A stretch of DNA of 64,000 nucleotides from Candidatus Woesearchaeota archaeon (GCA_016219865.1 JACRKF010000033.1:1960-65959), one strand, 5' to 3'. Shown: positions 46,371 through 56,366, numbered from the stretch's first letter. The notes: generated by a model not told the origin, from the sequence alone. A program made the numbers and translations.

Positions 46371-47414
46371 TTATAAAACTTCTTTCTTAACTCTTTCCAG
46401 AAAAGTCTGCCAATCTTTTATCTTAACACAAACGCCGCAAGCATGTGTATGTCCTCCGCCATATCCCTGCAATCCCTCAAGGGATTTATGAATAATTGTA
46501 GGAAGATCATAATTCGCTCCTCGCATGCTGCACTTCATTTCCCCTGATTTTTCTCTGCAGATTAAAATAGCTTTGCCAGGATTTTTAAAAAGAAGTTCAT
46601 TTGACAAGTCTGAAGTAAAACTTGTTTTCATCTCGCTATATTTATACAGCAAAAGATTGCCGGCAATTTGAGCGCTTTTTGTATTTTCCAGTGTTTCTAC
46701 ATACTCTTTGTTAATTGTCTCAAATTTTTGATAAACAAACTTGCCCTGCGCAGTTGTTTGTTTCAATACTTCATCAAAATGTTCTATTCTTGTAAGAATT
46801 TTTATGCATTTTTTAGCATCATCTGATTTTCCCTTGAGAATAAAAGAAAACACACGCGACAACCCGCCTATCTTTGTAGTAAACAATGCTTCATCTACTT
46901 TTGTAACATTACTTGGCAGCATCTCAGGATACTTATTAGAGAACTCTCCAGCAAACTCAGGAAAGAACCAATCAGATAAACATCCAACAACAGCTATCCA
47001 TTGATCTTGCTGCGCTATTTGATAACACCAATAATTTGTAGGTCTATTATCAGCATCATTATAATTGCGAGGATTTAAGTAATAAACACCAGTATTCTTC
47101 TGCGGCTCATGATGATCTATCCAAAGTATCTTTTGCACGCCTTGCTGTAATGCGCCATCAATAAATGCTTGCTCAACAATAGGCATATCTAATATAAAAA
47201 TCTTATCAGGTCCATATTCTTGCACCTGTTTAAGATATTTCTTATCAACATTTGGACTGCTTTTGACAAAAATACCTTTTCCACGCAATATCTTTCGATA
47301 GAGCAATAAGAACGACGTTAACCCATCAGGATCATCATCAAACAGAAACAATGGATTTTTACTAGTTTCTAGCTCTTTACGGATATAATCAATATCTTCA
47401 ATTAAACTTGGCAT
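46371..47414 (-). CDS. DHH/DHHA1-family phosphoesterase (NrnA/RecJ-like nuclease)
   Basis: FLFDDDPDG (motif I), IDHHEP (DHH), GGGHTHACG (DHHA1). Confidence 0.75.
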   Translation of the reverse strand: MPSLIEDIDYIRKELETSKNPLFLFDDDPDGLTSFLLLYRKILRGKGIFVKSSPNVDKKYLKQVQEYGPDKIFILDMPIVEQAFIDGALQQGVQKILWIDHHEPQKNTGVYYLNPRNYNDADNRPTNYWCYQIAQQDQWIAVVGCLSDWFFPEFAGEFSNKYPEMLPSNVTKVDEALFTTKIGGLSRVFSFILKGKSDDAKKCIKILTRIEHFDEVLKQTTAQGKFVYQKFETINKEYVETLENTKSAQIAGNLLLYKYSEMKTSFTSDLSNELLFKNPGKAILICREKSGEMKCSMRGANYDLPTIIHKSLEGLQGYGGGHTHACGVCVKIKDWQTFLERVKKEVL

Positions 47415-47494
47415 AGTTCCTAGAAAATAATTGATAATTTATAAGTTTAATTGTTTTAAATAACTTTTTATTAAATGAAACACTTCTTTTATAC

Positions 47495-48766
47495 ATGAAT
47501 ATTGACTACATCAAAGACAAAGGCAGAACATTGCATTTCCCAGCATTAGATCCAAAAAAAATAAAACTGCAATCACAAGAAGAATTCAACAAAAAAGCAA
47601 AGCAAGATTACTTTGGCGCTTCACCAAACATTTTTGTCGGCAGATTTGGCTATCCGGATATAAACGTAGGCATTCTAAACACAGAAGAGTACAAAAACAA
47701 TGACGAACCTTTGTTATGGAGCAAAGAAAACTATACAATTCCAAAAATAATTGATCTTAGAACGCAGCTGATTAATGCGCAATTCAAAACAAACATTAAA
47801 TCAATAAATACAATAAATAATACTTCCAATAATAACAACAAATTTTTAGAACTCTCGCAGGAACTTTCTCTTTCACAGAAACCAGTGGATATTGAGATAA
47901 ACCTTTCAAAAAAGCCAAACTTCAATCTTACACTCAACAAAGAAGAAGCTCCTCATGGCTGTAATATTGAATTAAAAAAAGCGCAGATCACACAAAATGT
48001 AAGAGTGCCAACAAAAGTTGACAAAATTGTTTCCGACACAGATGTAAAAGCAGCAACTGCATTGCAAGAATTATATACTGACGGCTTCGATGAGCATTAC
48101 CTGACAAAAATAGTCAGCACTGGAAGTCTTGGAGTAAAAACACAGAGAAAATTAGTTCCGACGAGATGGAGTATTACACTAACCGACGACACAATTGGAA
48201 AGACATTAATCAAACAAATAAGAGATTATTCGCAACTTGATTGCTATCAAGCATATTTTGGAGGGCATCTTGGAAATTATTATTTAGTTCTATTCTTTCC
48301 AAACGAATGGCAGTATGAATTATTTGAAACAATCATCTCAGAAAAAACATCATTCGCAACAGATTATGAGAATTATTACGGCAGAAAAGAATATGCTTCT
48401 TCAACAGTTGGCGGCTATTATGCAGCAAGGCTTGCAATTCTTGAAAAACTGCAACAAACAAGAAAACAAGCAAGCATATTAGCTCTGCGTTTTGTTGATC
48501 CCAATGAATACATTGCTCCTCTTGGAGTTTGGGTTGTACGAGAAGCAACACGAAAAGCAATGACAGCGCAACCGATTGAATTTGAAGATAAGCAGACAAT
48601 GATAAGTTACACATTGGCATTTATCAAAAAAAGATTCAAGTATGATTGCAGTTTGCAATTAAAGCAAAGCATTTTGTTGGACAATCTAAAAAAGCAAAAG
48701 AAATTATTTGATTTTGAATTACTGAACAAAAACTTTATATATCACTTAAATATAATAGTTATATAG
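47495..48766 (+). CDS. Conserved hypothetical protein, possibly Nre-family (archaeal DNA-repair-associated)
   Basis: 423 aa with blocks FVGRFGYPDINVGIL and VPTRWSITLTDD that are reminiscent of Nre/DUF650-651 proteins. Divergent from the DHH nuclease gene. Assignment by recollection only. Confidence 0.3.
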   Translation: MNIDYIKDKGRTLHFPALDPKKIKLQSQEEFNKKAKQDYFGASPNIFVGRFGYPDINVGILNTEEYKNNDEPLLWSKENYTIPKIIDLRTQLINAQFKTNIKSINTINNTSNNNNKFLELSQELSLSQKPVDIEINLSKKPNFNLTLNKEEAPHGCNIELKKAQITQNVRVPTKVDKIVSDTDVKAATALQELYTDGFDEHYLTKIVSTGSLGVKTQRKLVPTRWSITLTDDTIGKTLIKQIRDYSQLDCYQAYFGGHLGNYYLVLFFPNEWQYELFETIISEKTSFATDYENYYGRKEYASSTVGGYYAARLAILEKLQQTRKQASILALRFVDPNEYIAPLGVWVVREATRKAMTAQPIEFEDKQTMISYTLAFIKKRFKYDCSLQLKQSILLDNLKKQKKLFDFELLNKNFIYHLNIIVI

Positions 48767-48794
48767 TAAACATAATAATATAACTGGTGATATA

Positions 48795-49016
48795 ATGCTA
48801 ATTTGTAAAACAAGGAAATGGGGTTCTTCATTGGGGATAATAGTCCCTAAAAAAGCTGCTGAGAGATTGCACCTTTATGAAAATCAAGAAGTAATTATAG
48901 AGATACAACCAAAAGATAATGTTTTAAAAGACCTCTTCGGATATGCAAAAGGAAGAATAAGAAGAAATACAGATGAAATAATTGCAGATGCAAGAAAAGA
49001 ATTAGGTGTTGATTAG
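48795..49016 (+). CDS. AbrB/MazE-type (SpoVT-AbrB) antitoxin
   Basis: KTRKWGSSLGIIVPKKAAERLHL is the swapped-hairpin AbrB motif. Stop TAG abuts the next ATG. Confidence 0.6.
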   Translation: MLICKTRKWGSSLGIIVPKKAAERLHLYENQEVIIEIQPKDNVLKDLFGYAKGRIRRNTDEIIADARKELGVD

Positions 49017-49379
49017 ATGTATTGTTTAGACACATATGCCTTATGGGAGATACAATTTGCGAATGAGAAATTTGTTAAGTTCCTGAAAGAAGACTTTGTC
49101 ATCACAGAATGGACGTTGATAGAATTCTATAAAACACTATTAAGAGAATATAATCAACAAACAGCAGATTATTGGTCCAGACGATTATTACCTCATTGTA
49201 AAAATATTTCAATTGAGATAGCATTGAAATCTGTTTTATACCAGCATGAAAACAAAAAAGAAAATATGTCGTTATTTGATTGCATTGGATATATTTATTC
49301 ACAAGAAAACAACCTTGTTTTTGTAACAGGAGATAAAGCTTTTAGGAACAGAGCAAAAGTATTATTTATACAAAAATAA
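49017..49379 (+). CDS. PIN-domain toxin (VapC-like)
   Basis: LDTYAL N-terminal acidic motif; C-terminal FVTGDKAF PIN motif. Confidence 0.55.
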   Translation: MYCLDTYALWEIQFANEKFVKFLKEDFVITEWTLIEFYKTLLREYNQQTADYWSRRLLPHCKNISIEIALKSVLYQHENKKENMSLFDCIGYIYSQENNLVFVTGDKAFRNRAKVLFIQK

Positions 49380-49383
49380 AGAA

Positions 49384-50556
49384 TCATGATCGAACAAACT
49401 TCCCATTCTCAACCTTCTTCAAGAAGAATTCATACCACACATCACCATTTTCATCAAATGACAGCTTGCCAAACAATGAAGGGATCTGCTGAAAACTCAA
49501 CAACCTTTGCTTGACACAAACATTATTAGCGCACTCTTTGCTGGCAAACAACAATAATCGCAATGCTTCATAACCTTCTGCAGAATATGCAGTTGGGATC
49601 TTATTATGCCTCATCTTGTAATTCGCAGCAAATTGTTCAAGTAAAATATTCTTCTGACCTGATTGATTTTGTGAAACAAAATCAATTACAAAATCAATCG
49701 GATAAGTATAAATTAATCCTTCTGCTGCATCTCCTGCAATTGCCAGCAATTCATCGCTTTCAACTGCTCGCGTTGCATAAACAGGCATATTCATCTGCAA
49801 TTCTTTCATTTGTTTAATGATATAAGCAGTTGTTTTTGTATCTCCTGCAATAAAAAGCGCTTCAGGATTTGTATCTTTTATTTTCACCAATACTGCTCGA
49901 AAATCAGTATCCTTTGCCCCATATGCTTCTTCAGCAACTATACTGCCGCCAAAAGAACTAAATGCTCCAACAAATCCTTTTTTGTGACCTAACCCCATAT
50001 CATTATTGATATGCATAACTGCAACTTTTTGATATTTATCTATAATCGATTTTGCTAATATTGTATCTTCAACCTCAGCTCGAGCAGTAACACGAAAAGA
50101 ATAATCATTGCTGCTTGTATAAGATGGAGTTGATGAAAACATCGCCATCTGTACTATCTCATCTTGTTCAGCTAATGGTTTTAATGCTAAGCTCACAGGA
50201 CTCATCCCAGTAATAAGCAATGAGATATTATTTGAACGAAGTTTTTGATATGCTGTCACAGCTAATTTCTGATCTCCCTGATGATCCTCAAAATAAAGTT
50301 CGACAGGAAAATTTACATTGCCATTTTTATCTTGCTTTTGAAATTCTTCAAACGCCAACAAAATTCCTTGTTGACTTTCAATGCCATAGCTTGCAAAATT
50401 ACCAGATAATGGCAAAATAATGCCAACACGCAACGGTTGATTATCTTGATTTTGGACAGCGCATCCTTGAAGAACAAGAACTAAGAAAATAACAAAGATT
50501 GATAATAATAGTTTATGTTTAATGCTCTGTTTATTACCTGATTGCACCTGCACCAT
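49384..50556 (-). CDS. Branched-chain amino-acid-type ABC substrate-binding lipoprotein (LivJ/PBP type I), orphan
   Basis: Signal + lipobox LVLQGC. GIILPLSGNFASYGIESQQGILLAFEE matches the Leu/Ile/Val-binding family. No permease or ATPase genes adjacent. Confidence 0.7.
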   Translation of the reverse strand: MVQVQSGNKQSIKHKLLLSIFVIFLVLVLQGCAVQNQDNQPLRVGIILPLSGNFASYGIESQQGILLAFEEFQKQDKNGNVNFPVELYFEDHQGDQKLAVTAYQKLRSNNISLLITGMSPVSLALKPLAEQDEIVQMAMFSSTPSYTSSNDYSFRVTARAEVEDTILAKSIIDKYQKVAVMHINNDMGLGHKKGFVGAFSSFGGSIVAEEAYGAKDTDFRAVLVKIKDTNPEALFIAGDTKTTAYIIKQMKELQMNMPVYATRAVESDELLAIAGDAAEGLIYTYPIDFVIDFVSQNQSGQKNILLEQFAANYKMRHNKIPTAYSAEGYEALRLLLFASKECANNVCVKQRLLSFQQIPSLFGKLSFDENGDVWYEFFLKKVENGKFVRS

Positions 50557-50671
50557 AGTTTAAACTTAACCCCAGCTACACTCAGAATGATGAATTTTTT
50601 AAGTATAAATATTATTGTTGTAATACCATATAACAACATTTATATAACAGATATTCTAAATATAAAAATTG

Positions 50672-50685
50672 TGAACGAAGTGAAC
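50672..50685 (+). promoter_or_regulatory. 14-nt element TGAACGAAGTGAAC inside the perfect 10-bp inverted repeat ATAAAAATTG...CAATTTTTAT, abutting the TrmB-regulator ATG
   Basis: Read directly. The 3' arm overlaps the first two nucleotides of the start codon. Confidence 0.4.
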
Positions 50686-50692
50686 AATTTTT

Positions 50693-51433
50693 ATGGATAC
50701 GCAAACAACATTACGCGAACTTGGATTAGCAGGAAATGAAGCGCGAGTTTATCTTGCATTATTAGATTTAGGTTCAAGTTTAGCTGGAGAAATAACAAAA
50801 AAGTCAGGAGTAAACAGAACAAATGTATATGACGCATTAGAAAAATTGATTGAAAAAGGATTAGCATCATATGTTATTTCCACAAACAGGAAATATTTCG
50901 AAGCAGCTCCCCCAACTAAATTCATCTCATTTCTAGACGATAAGAAGAAAGAAATAGAAAGAAAGAAACAGCTTGTGCAGCAATTGCTGCCAGAGCTCGA
51001 AGTTAGAAGAAAATTATCTAAAGAACCGCAAGAAGCAACAATCTACAAAGGAAAACAAGGATTAAAATCAATCGCAGAAGATGTGTTAAATCAAAAACAA
51101 ACAATGTTTGTTTTTGGCGCAGAAGGAAAATTTAGTGCAATGTTTACCCATTATGCTGAACAATGGCATATGCGAAGAGGAAAGTTAAAGATTCCATTAA
51201 AAATGATATTCAACGAAAAAGTAAGAGAAACAAAAACAAAAGCAAACTTTCCATTAGCAGAGCTTCGCTTCATAACACGAGATGAGACACCCGCAACAAC
51301 ATGGATCTATGGCAATACAGTTGCAATCATTGTCTGGAGCATACAGCCATTAGCAACAGTCATCAGAAGCAAAGAAGTAGCAGATTCCTATAAAATATTT
51401 TTTGATGGAATGTGGAATAATGCGAAGGAATAA
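50693..51433 (+). CDS. TrmB-family transcriptional regulator
   Basis: LRELGLAGNEARVYLALLDLGSSLAGEITKKSGVNRTNVYDALEKL TrmB HTH. Its own upstream region carries the 14-nt element inside a 10-bp inverted repeat. Confidence 0.8.
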   Translation: MDTQTTLRELGLAGNEARVYLALLDLGSSLAGEITKKSGVNRTNVYDALEKLIEKGLASYVISTNRKYFEAAPPTKFISFLDDKKKEIERKKQLVQQLLPELEVRRKLSKEPQEATIYKGKQGLKSIAEDVLNQKQTMFVFGAEGKFSAMFTHYAEQWHMRRGKLKIPLKMIFNEKVRETKTKANFPLAELRFITRDETPATTWIYGNTVAIIVWSIQPLATVIRSKEVADSYKIFFDGMWNNAKE

Positions 51434-51515
51434 AATCTCTCAATCATAGTCCAAAACTTGATCTATGTATTCTTAATAATTGTTTTCTTCGCAATTACTC
51501 TTGCCAGAAATACTA

Positions 51516-52838
51516 TTATAAATAAGTATTAACTTCCCAGTCAGTTACAGCTATTCTGAATTCTTCGCATTCTTTTTCTTTTGCATATAAATAATTTCCA
51601 AAAAGTTTGTCCCCTAACAATTCTTTCATTAAATCGCTTTTCTTGAAAATCTTTAATGCATCACTCAAGCTTTCAGGCAAAGTTTCTATTCCTATCTTTT
51701 CAAGCTCTTCTTTTGATTGTTCAAATATGTTTTCTTCATATGAAGGCATTAAACTTTTCTTTTTTTTTATACCCTCTAATCCCACTTTAAGCAAAGCTGC
51801 AAATGCTAAATAAGGCGATGCGCTTGGATCAGGACATCGTATCTCTGCTCTCACAGAACTTTCTCTCCCTTTTGTGTAATGTGGTATCCTTATCAGAGCA
51901 GATCTGTTTTTTCCTCCCCAGCAGATATAAACAGGAGCTTCATATCCTGAAACCAATCGTTTATATGAGTTCACAGTTGGGTTTAATATTGCTGACATTT
52001 CTTTTATGCAAGATAATTGCCCTGCAATAAAACTTTTTGCCAATGGTGATAATTTGTATTTATCTTCTTCGTTGTAAAACAAAGGCTTTCCATCTAGATC
52101 AAATAAACTAAAATGAATATGCATGCCGCTTCCTGGTTTTTTAAACAAAGGTTTTGGCATAAATGACGCAATTAACCCATACTTATGCGCAACCATTTTA
52201 ATTATTTTTTTCAATGTAATTACTCTTTCTGCTGTAACTAATGCATCATCGTATCGAAACCCTATTTCATGCTGTCCATGCCCAACTTCATGATGCGCTC
52301 TTTCTGAATGTATTCCATAAGCTTTAAGTTTCAGCATTACTTCTTTTCTAATCTCGCTCCCTATATCGCCTGTTGGACTATCAAAATAACTTCCATCATC
52401 AGAATCAGGAATTGCAATCTTTCCATCTGCTGTCTTTTTGAAAAAATAGAATTCAACCTCTGGACCTACCTTAAAAACATAGCCTTCTTTTTTTGCCTCT
52501 TCAATAACCTTTTTTAATACAGTACGTGGTGTTCCTGCAAATAATTCACCATTTGAAGTATAAACATCGCAGAAAAAACGAGCAGTTTTTACTTCTTTAT
52601 CATCGGGAATAATTGCAAATGTGCTTAAATCAGGCTTAAGATACATATCGCTTTCTTTAATTCTTGTAAAACCTTTGATTGATGAACCATCAAACCATAA
52701 CCCTTTTTCAACAGCATCTTTCAAACATTCAATAGGGATTTCAATTGACTTTAACACGCCAAATATATCAGTAAACTCCATTTCAATAAATTTAACATTT
52801 TCTTTTGCTATTATTTCATGTATCTCTTTAATTTCCAT
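51516..52838 (-). CDS. glnA: Glutamine synthetase type I
   Basis: 440 aa with FDGSSI and GSGMHIHFSL motifs. SD-like GGTGGA at -12. Confidence 0.9.
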   Translation of the reverse strand: MEIKEIHEIIAKENVKFIEMEFTDIFGVLKSIEIPIECLKDAVEKGLWFDGSSIKGFTRIKESDMYLKPDLSTFAIIPDDKEVKTARFFCDVYTSNGELFAGTPRTVLKKVIEEAKKEGYVFKVGPEVEFYFFKKTADGKIAIPDSDDGSYFDSPTGDIGSEIRKEVMLKLKAYGIHSERAHHEVGHGQHEIGFRYDDALVTAERVITLKKIIKMVAHKYGLIASFMPKPLFKKPGSGMHIHFSLFDLDGKPLFYNEEDKYKLSPLAKSFIAGQLSCIKEMSAILNPTVNSYKRLVSGYEAPVYICWGGKNRSALIRIPHYTKGRESSVRAEIRCPDPSASPYLAFAALLKVGLEGIKKKKSLMPSYEENIFEQSKEELEKIGIETLPESLSDALKIFKKSDLMKELLGDKLFGNYLYAKEKECEEFRIAVTDWEVNTYL

Positions 52839-53065
52839 ATTTCCACCATCTGTTCAATTTTAATATCTATACAGTTATAATTCTAATCCTAACACAATTA
52901 TTTAATCAATTCAGATAGTAAGTGTTAGCGTTATATTAAGTTATTTTAAGATTTAGTTAACAATTGCTGACTATAATAACAAAAAACTTTATAAATATAA
53001 AGTATTTGTTATATTATAATTAGAAAAACAAACAAACGTTAAGCAGAAAAAGTTGAGTGAGAAAA

Positions 53066-53512
53066 ATGATGATAGATGAGATTGATAAGAAGATATTGAA
53101 TGTAGTAATTGGAAATGCCAGACTTTCATTAAGAGAGATAGCTAAACAAATTGGATATTCAGTAGTTACAGTAATGAACAGGATGAAACGATTAGAAAAA
53201 GAAAAAATAATTAAAGAATACATAGCGCATATTGATTATGAAAAATTAGGATATGATGTGAATATAATCATTAAGATCAGAGTTTCAAAAGGCAAATTAT
53301 TTGAAGTTGAGAAAAAGATAGCCATAGACCAACATGTTTCTGCAGTATATGACATAACTGGAGATTTTGATTCTATTGTAATAGCAAAATTCAAGACAAG
53401 AAAAGCTTTAGACATATTCCTAAAAAAGATTCAGACCTATGAATTTGTTGAAAGAACAGAAACAATCTTGATATTAAATACAATCAAAGAAAAATATAAT
53501 CTATTATTATAG
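53066..53512 (+). CDS. Lrp/AsnC-family transcriptional regulator
   Basis: IDKKILNVVIGNARLSLREIAKQIGYSVVTVMNRMKRLEKEKII HTH + RAM domain. Divergent from glnA. The track start 53057 is a GTG. Confidence 0.8.
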   Translation: MMIDEIDKKILNVVIGNARLSLREIAKQIGYSVVTVMNRMKRLEKEKIIKEYIAHIDYEKLGYDVNIIIKIRVSKGKLFEVEKKIAIDQHVSAVYDITGDFDSIVIAKFKTRKALDIFLKKIQTYEFVERTETILILNTIKEKYNLLL

Positions 53513-53524
53513 ACAATAATAAAA

Positions 53525-54319
53525 TCAGTATACATTCATCACTTTCCTAAGAATCAAACTAAACGCTATTGACAACAGCACATAGCTTCCCAGCCAGCCA
53601 AAATTCTTAATCCAAGGTATCCAACCAAGAATAAATATATCTTTGTGCGGCTTAATCATTTCATTATTTGTTGTTATGCTCAACAAACCTTCTTTGCCAA
53701 CCTTTTGTTCAGGTAATGCATAAGTCCTATCTTTAATATTTTCAACAATTATAACTTGCTGTTTGTATTCTTTATCTTTATACTTATAACGCAAAGTATA
53801 ATCTCCAACTTGACCGTTATAGACAAATTTGGCGCTTTTATCTAACACTGTTTGATTATCGCTGTTTAACAAAAGCAAAGAAGTATTAGAACTGCTATTA
53901 TCTCCACCCAAATATTGCACAATCCCACTGCTGTCATCAAATGCAAATGCAACGCTAAACTCAGTATCTTTCACAATTGGCAAATATCCCATATGCGCAT
54001 TAAGCCATGAAAAGATAAGAATGATTGGAATAAATGTGATTAATGTTGGCTTTAATGACTGCATAAAATATTTCATATTTGTTTCCATTGCTTTTTTCTG
54101 CACAGCCATCATCTGCTTAGGATTATCTTTTAATGTTTTCATTTCATTCTGCAGTTCTTTAATCTCCTCTTTCATTGTTTTCATAAGATTTTGATCAGTA
54201 AGATATTTGTATGCTATTGTCATCAATAATGAAAGAACTAATGAAATGATAGTAATAGCTAGAAAAGGGTGTAATCGTAACACAGGAAAAAAGATCGGAT
54301 TAAATATTGAATCTAACAT
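53525..54319 (-). CDS. Archaeal YidC/Oxa1-like insertase (DUF106/EMC3 family) with a ~120-aa C-terminal extension
   Basis: Lies immediately downstream of secY. TM1 + coiled coil (KEEIKELQNEMKTLKDNPKQMMAVQKKAME) + KPTLITFIPIILIFSW. Start reassigned to MLDSIF (the track start is the ATG inside GTGAGGAGATTTTTTATG). Confidence 0.5.
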   Translation of the reverse strand: MLDSIFNPIFFPVLRLHPFLAITIISLVLSLLMTIAYKYLTDQNLMKTMKEEIKELQNEMKTLKDNPKQMMAVQKKAMETNMKYFMQSLKPTLITFIPIILIFSWLNAHMGYLPIVKDTEFSVAFAFDDSSGIVQYLGGDNSSSNTSLLLLNSDNQTVLDKSAKFVYNGQVGDYTLRYKYKDKEYKQQVIIVENIKDRTYALPEQKVGKEGLLSITTNNEMIKPHKDIFILGWIPWIKNFGWLGSYVLLSIAFSLILRKVMNVY

Positions 54320-54391
54320 AAAAAATCTCCTCACTTTGTTCGTCGATTTTTTAAAATAATAAGTTATTCATGAGCAAAGCGATTGAATAAC

Positions 54392-55822
54392 TTATCCACC
54401 CATAACTTTTTTCAGCATTGGATGCATATCCATCATATGCTGCTTTGCAATATCTTCATATAGACGATAAATGATCATAACTGTTAATAACAATGAAGTT
54501 CCATTGACTAATGATCCAAGCAAATCAGCAAATCCAGCTAAAAATCCAATAGTTAAACCACCCATGATTGTCAGTGGCGTTATGTATCTGCTTAAGATTC
54601 TTTCAAGAATTCTTTCATCTCTTCTAAATCCAGGAATTTGCAATCCTGAACTTAATAATTGTTTTGCCTGTGATCTTGCATCCATTCCTGAAGTTTGCAC
54701 CCAGAAATAAGAAAATATAACAGATCCGATTATTAGCACAAGAAGATATACTAACGCTTGTATATACGGCCTAAATCCAATATCAAGTCCGCCTTGTGTA
54801 ATAATCATCCCAAGTAACCCTCTTCTGCCGCCTGGAATCGAAAGCCATGCAACAACTCCTGAAACAGCATTGCCTGACGCATCAACTGTTCCTAATAAAG
54901 GTCTGCCCCAATTTTGCAATAATCTCGCCCATAATTGCAGATTTGCTAATAATGCAGAGATTAAGATTACAGGAATGTTGCTTGTATAAATAAAACTCAA
55001 TGGCCATCTTATTCCATGCCCTCTAACTCTTCCAAATGATAATGGAATTTCAACTTTCATTGCTTGTGAATAAACTGCAATTGCGAAAATAACAAATGTT
55101 GATAATAATGCAGTTATTGCTAACGCTGCAGTTTGCAAATCCCCTGCAAAAAATGCTTGGAACAACTGCGGCACTGCTCCAGTTGCATAACTTATTTCAG
55201 TAGTTCCTCCTACAGCAGGTAACCATGAAAATGCTTGAACAAATAATGATTTTGATACTCCTGCAGCAATAAACAAGGATAATCCTGAACCAAATCCCCA
55301 TTTGCTGACAATCTCGTCCATAAACAAAATCAATAATCCGCCAATTGTTAATTGAAGGATAAGCATTAATTGCAATGATGCATAAACAGGAGTTCCTATT
55401 TTATCAGCGTTTGGCGCTAATCCTCCCATATAAACATAAACTGCTGCTTCAAATATAATAAAGAGAATTGCCAATAATTTTTGGATTCCTTGAAACTTTT
55501 TCTTATCATCAGTACTTTGGAGATTAAAGCTGATTAATCCTGAACCATTTAACAACTGCATAACAATAGATGCTGTAACAATTGGTCCAATACCTAATGA
55601 GATAATGCTTCCAAAAGAAGCTCCAAGGATTAATGATAAGAATTCAAACTGCGCTAATGCATTCTCTCCTAACCCAAAAAGAGGAACTGCTCCAAGCACG
55701 AAAAACAGAACAAGAATCAACATAGTCCATTTTAACTTTTCTTTAAAACCTAGTTTTCGTTGTGTTGGTCCTGAAACTTCAGGCAAATTATAGATTAACG
55801 TTTTCCATAAAGACATAAACAA
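54392..55822 (-). CDS. secY: Preprotein translocase subunit SecY
   Basis: 476 aa, 10 TM, characteristic SecY blocks; lies at the end of the ribosomal protein operon. Confidence 0.93.
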   Translation of the reverse strand: MFMSLWKTLIYNLPEVSGPTQRKLGFKEKLKWTMLILVLFFVLGAVPLFGLGENALAQFEFLSLILGASFGSIISLGIGPIVTASIVMQLLNGSGLISFNLQSTDDKKKFQGIQKLLAILFIIFEAAVYVYMGGLAPNADKIGTPVYASLQLMLILQLTIGGLLILFMDEIVSKWGFGSGLSLFIAAGVSKSLFVQAFSWLPAVGGTTEISYATGAVPQLFQAFFAGDLQTAALAITALLSTFVIFAIAVYSQAMKVEIPLSFGRVRGHGIRWPLSFIYTSNIPVILISALLANLQLWARLLQNWGRPLLGTVDASGNAVSGVVAWLSIPGGRRGLLGMIITQGGLDIGFRPYIQALVYLLVLIIGSVIFSYFWVQTSGMDARSQAKQLLSSGLQIPGFRRDERILERILSRYITPLTIMGGLTIGFLAGFADLLGSLVNGTSLLLTVMIIYRLYEDIAKQHMMDMHPMLKKVMGG

Positions 55823-55871
55823 TACCCCTTATTTAAATAAAAATAATAATTTGCTTTAACTATATATAAAT

Positions 55872-56366
55872 TTATTCTTCTGTTTCAGCATTGTCAGCAT
55901 TATCTGCTGCTGCTTCAGTAGTTGCTTCAGCCAACATAACTTTTCCGCCAGCAGCTTCTATCTTTTCAATTGCTTGTTCTGATGCTGCAGCAACTGTAAT
56001 CATAAAAGAATGTGTAGCTTTGCCTGTTCCAAGTAATTTGTCAACTCCCCATGAAGATAAATCAACAGTGTATATATTTTTCGCAACAGTTATTTTCTGT
56101 TCTGCAATGTATCTGTCTAATCTTTCTTCAATATCGCGGATATTAAGAGTTTTTTGTTCATTTCTTGTTACATTAACAAAACCATATTTGCCAAAGTAAT
56201 CTTTATTTTTCCAAATGCTTGGTTTTTTTGAATCTGCTCTTTTTCCAGATCCAGCTCTTCCTTTCCCGCCTTTATTTCCTGAACCTCGATGCTTTTTCAT
56301 TGCGCCATAACCATGAGTATGTGAACCTCGATGCCGTGACATTTTTCCGCGTTTTCTCATAACCAT
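55872..56366 (-). CDS. rpl15: 50S ribosomal protein uL15 with an acidic C-terminal tail
   Basis: MVMRKRGKMSRHRGSHTHGYGAMKKHRGSGNKGG. Start set at the ATG preceded by GTGAGGAGATATTTT (the track start is a GTG). Confidence 0.85.
   Translation of the reverse strand: MVMRKRGKMSRHRGSHTHGYGAMKKHRGSGNKGGKGRAGSGKRADSKKPSIWKNKDYFGKYGFVNVTRNEQKTLNIRDIEERLDRYIAEQKITVAKNIYTVDLSSWGVDKLLGTGKATHSFMITVAAASEQAIEKIEAAGGKVMLAEATTEAAADNADNAETEE

Noticed and set aside
46288-46491. Plus-strand ORF (67 aa) overlapping the 3' end of the DHH gene
   Set aside because: Overlaps a well-supported gene on the other strand. Pro/Cys-rich composition is unlikely to be a real protein.
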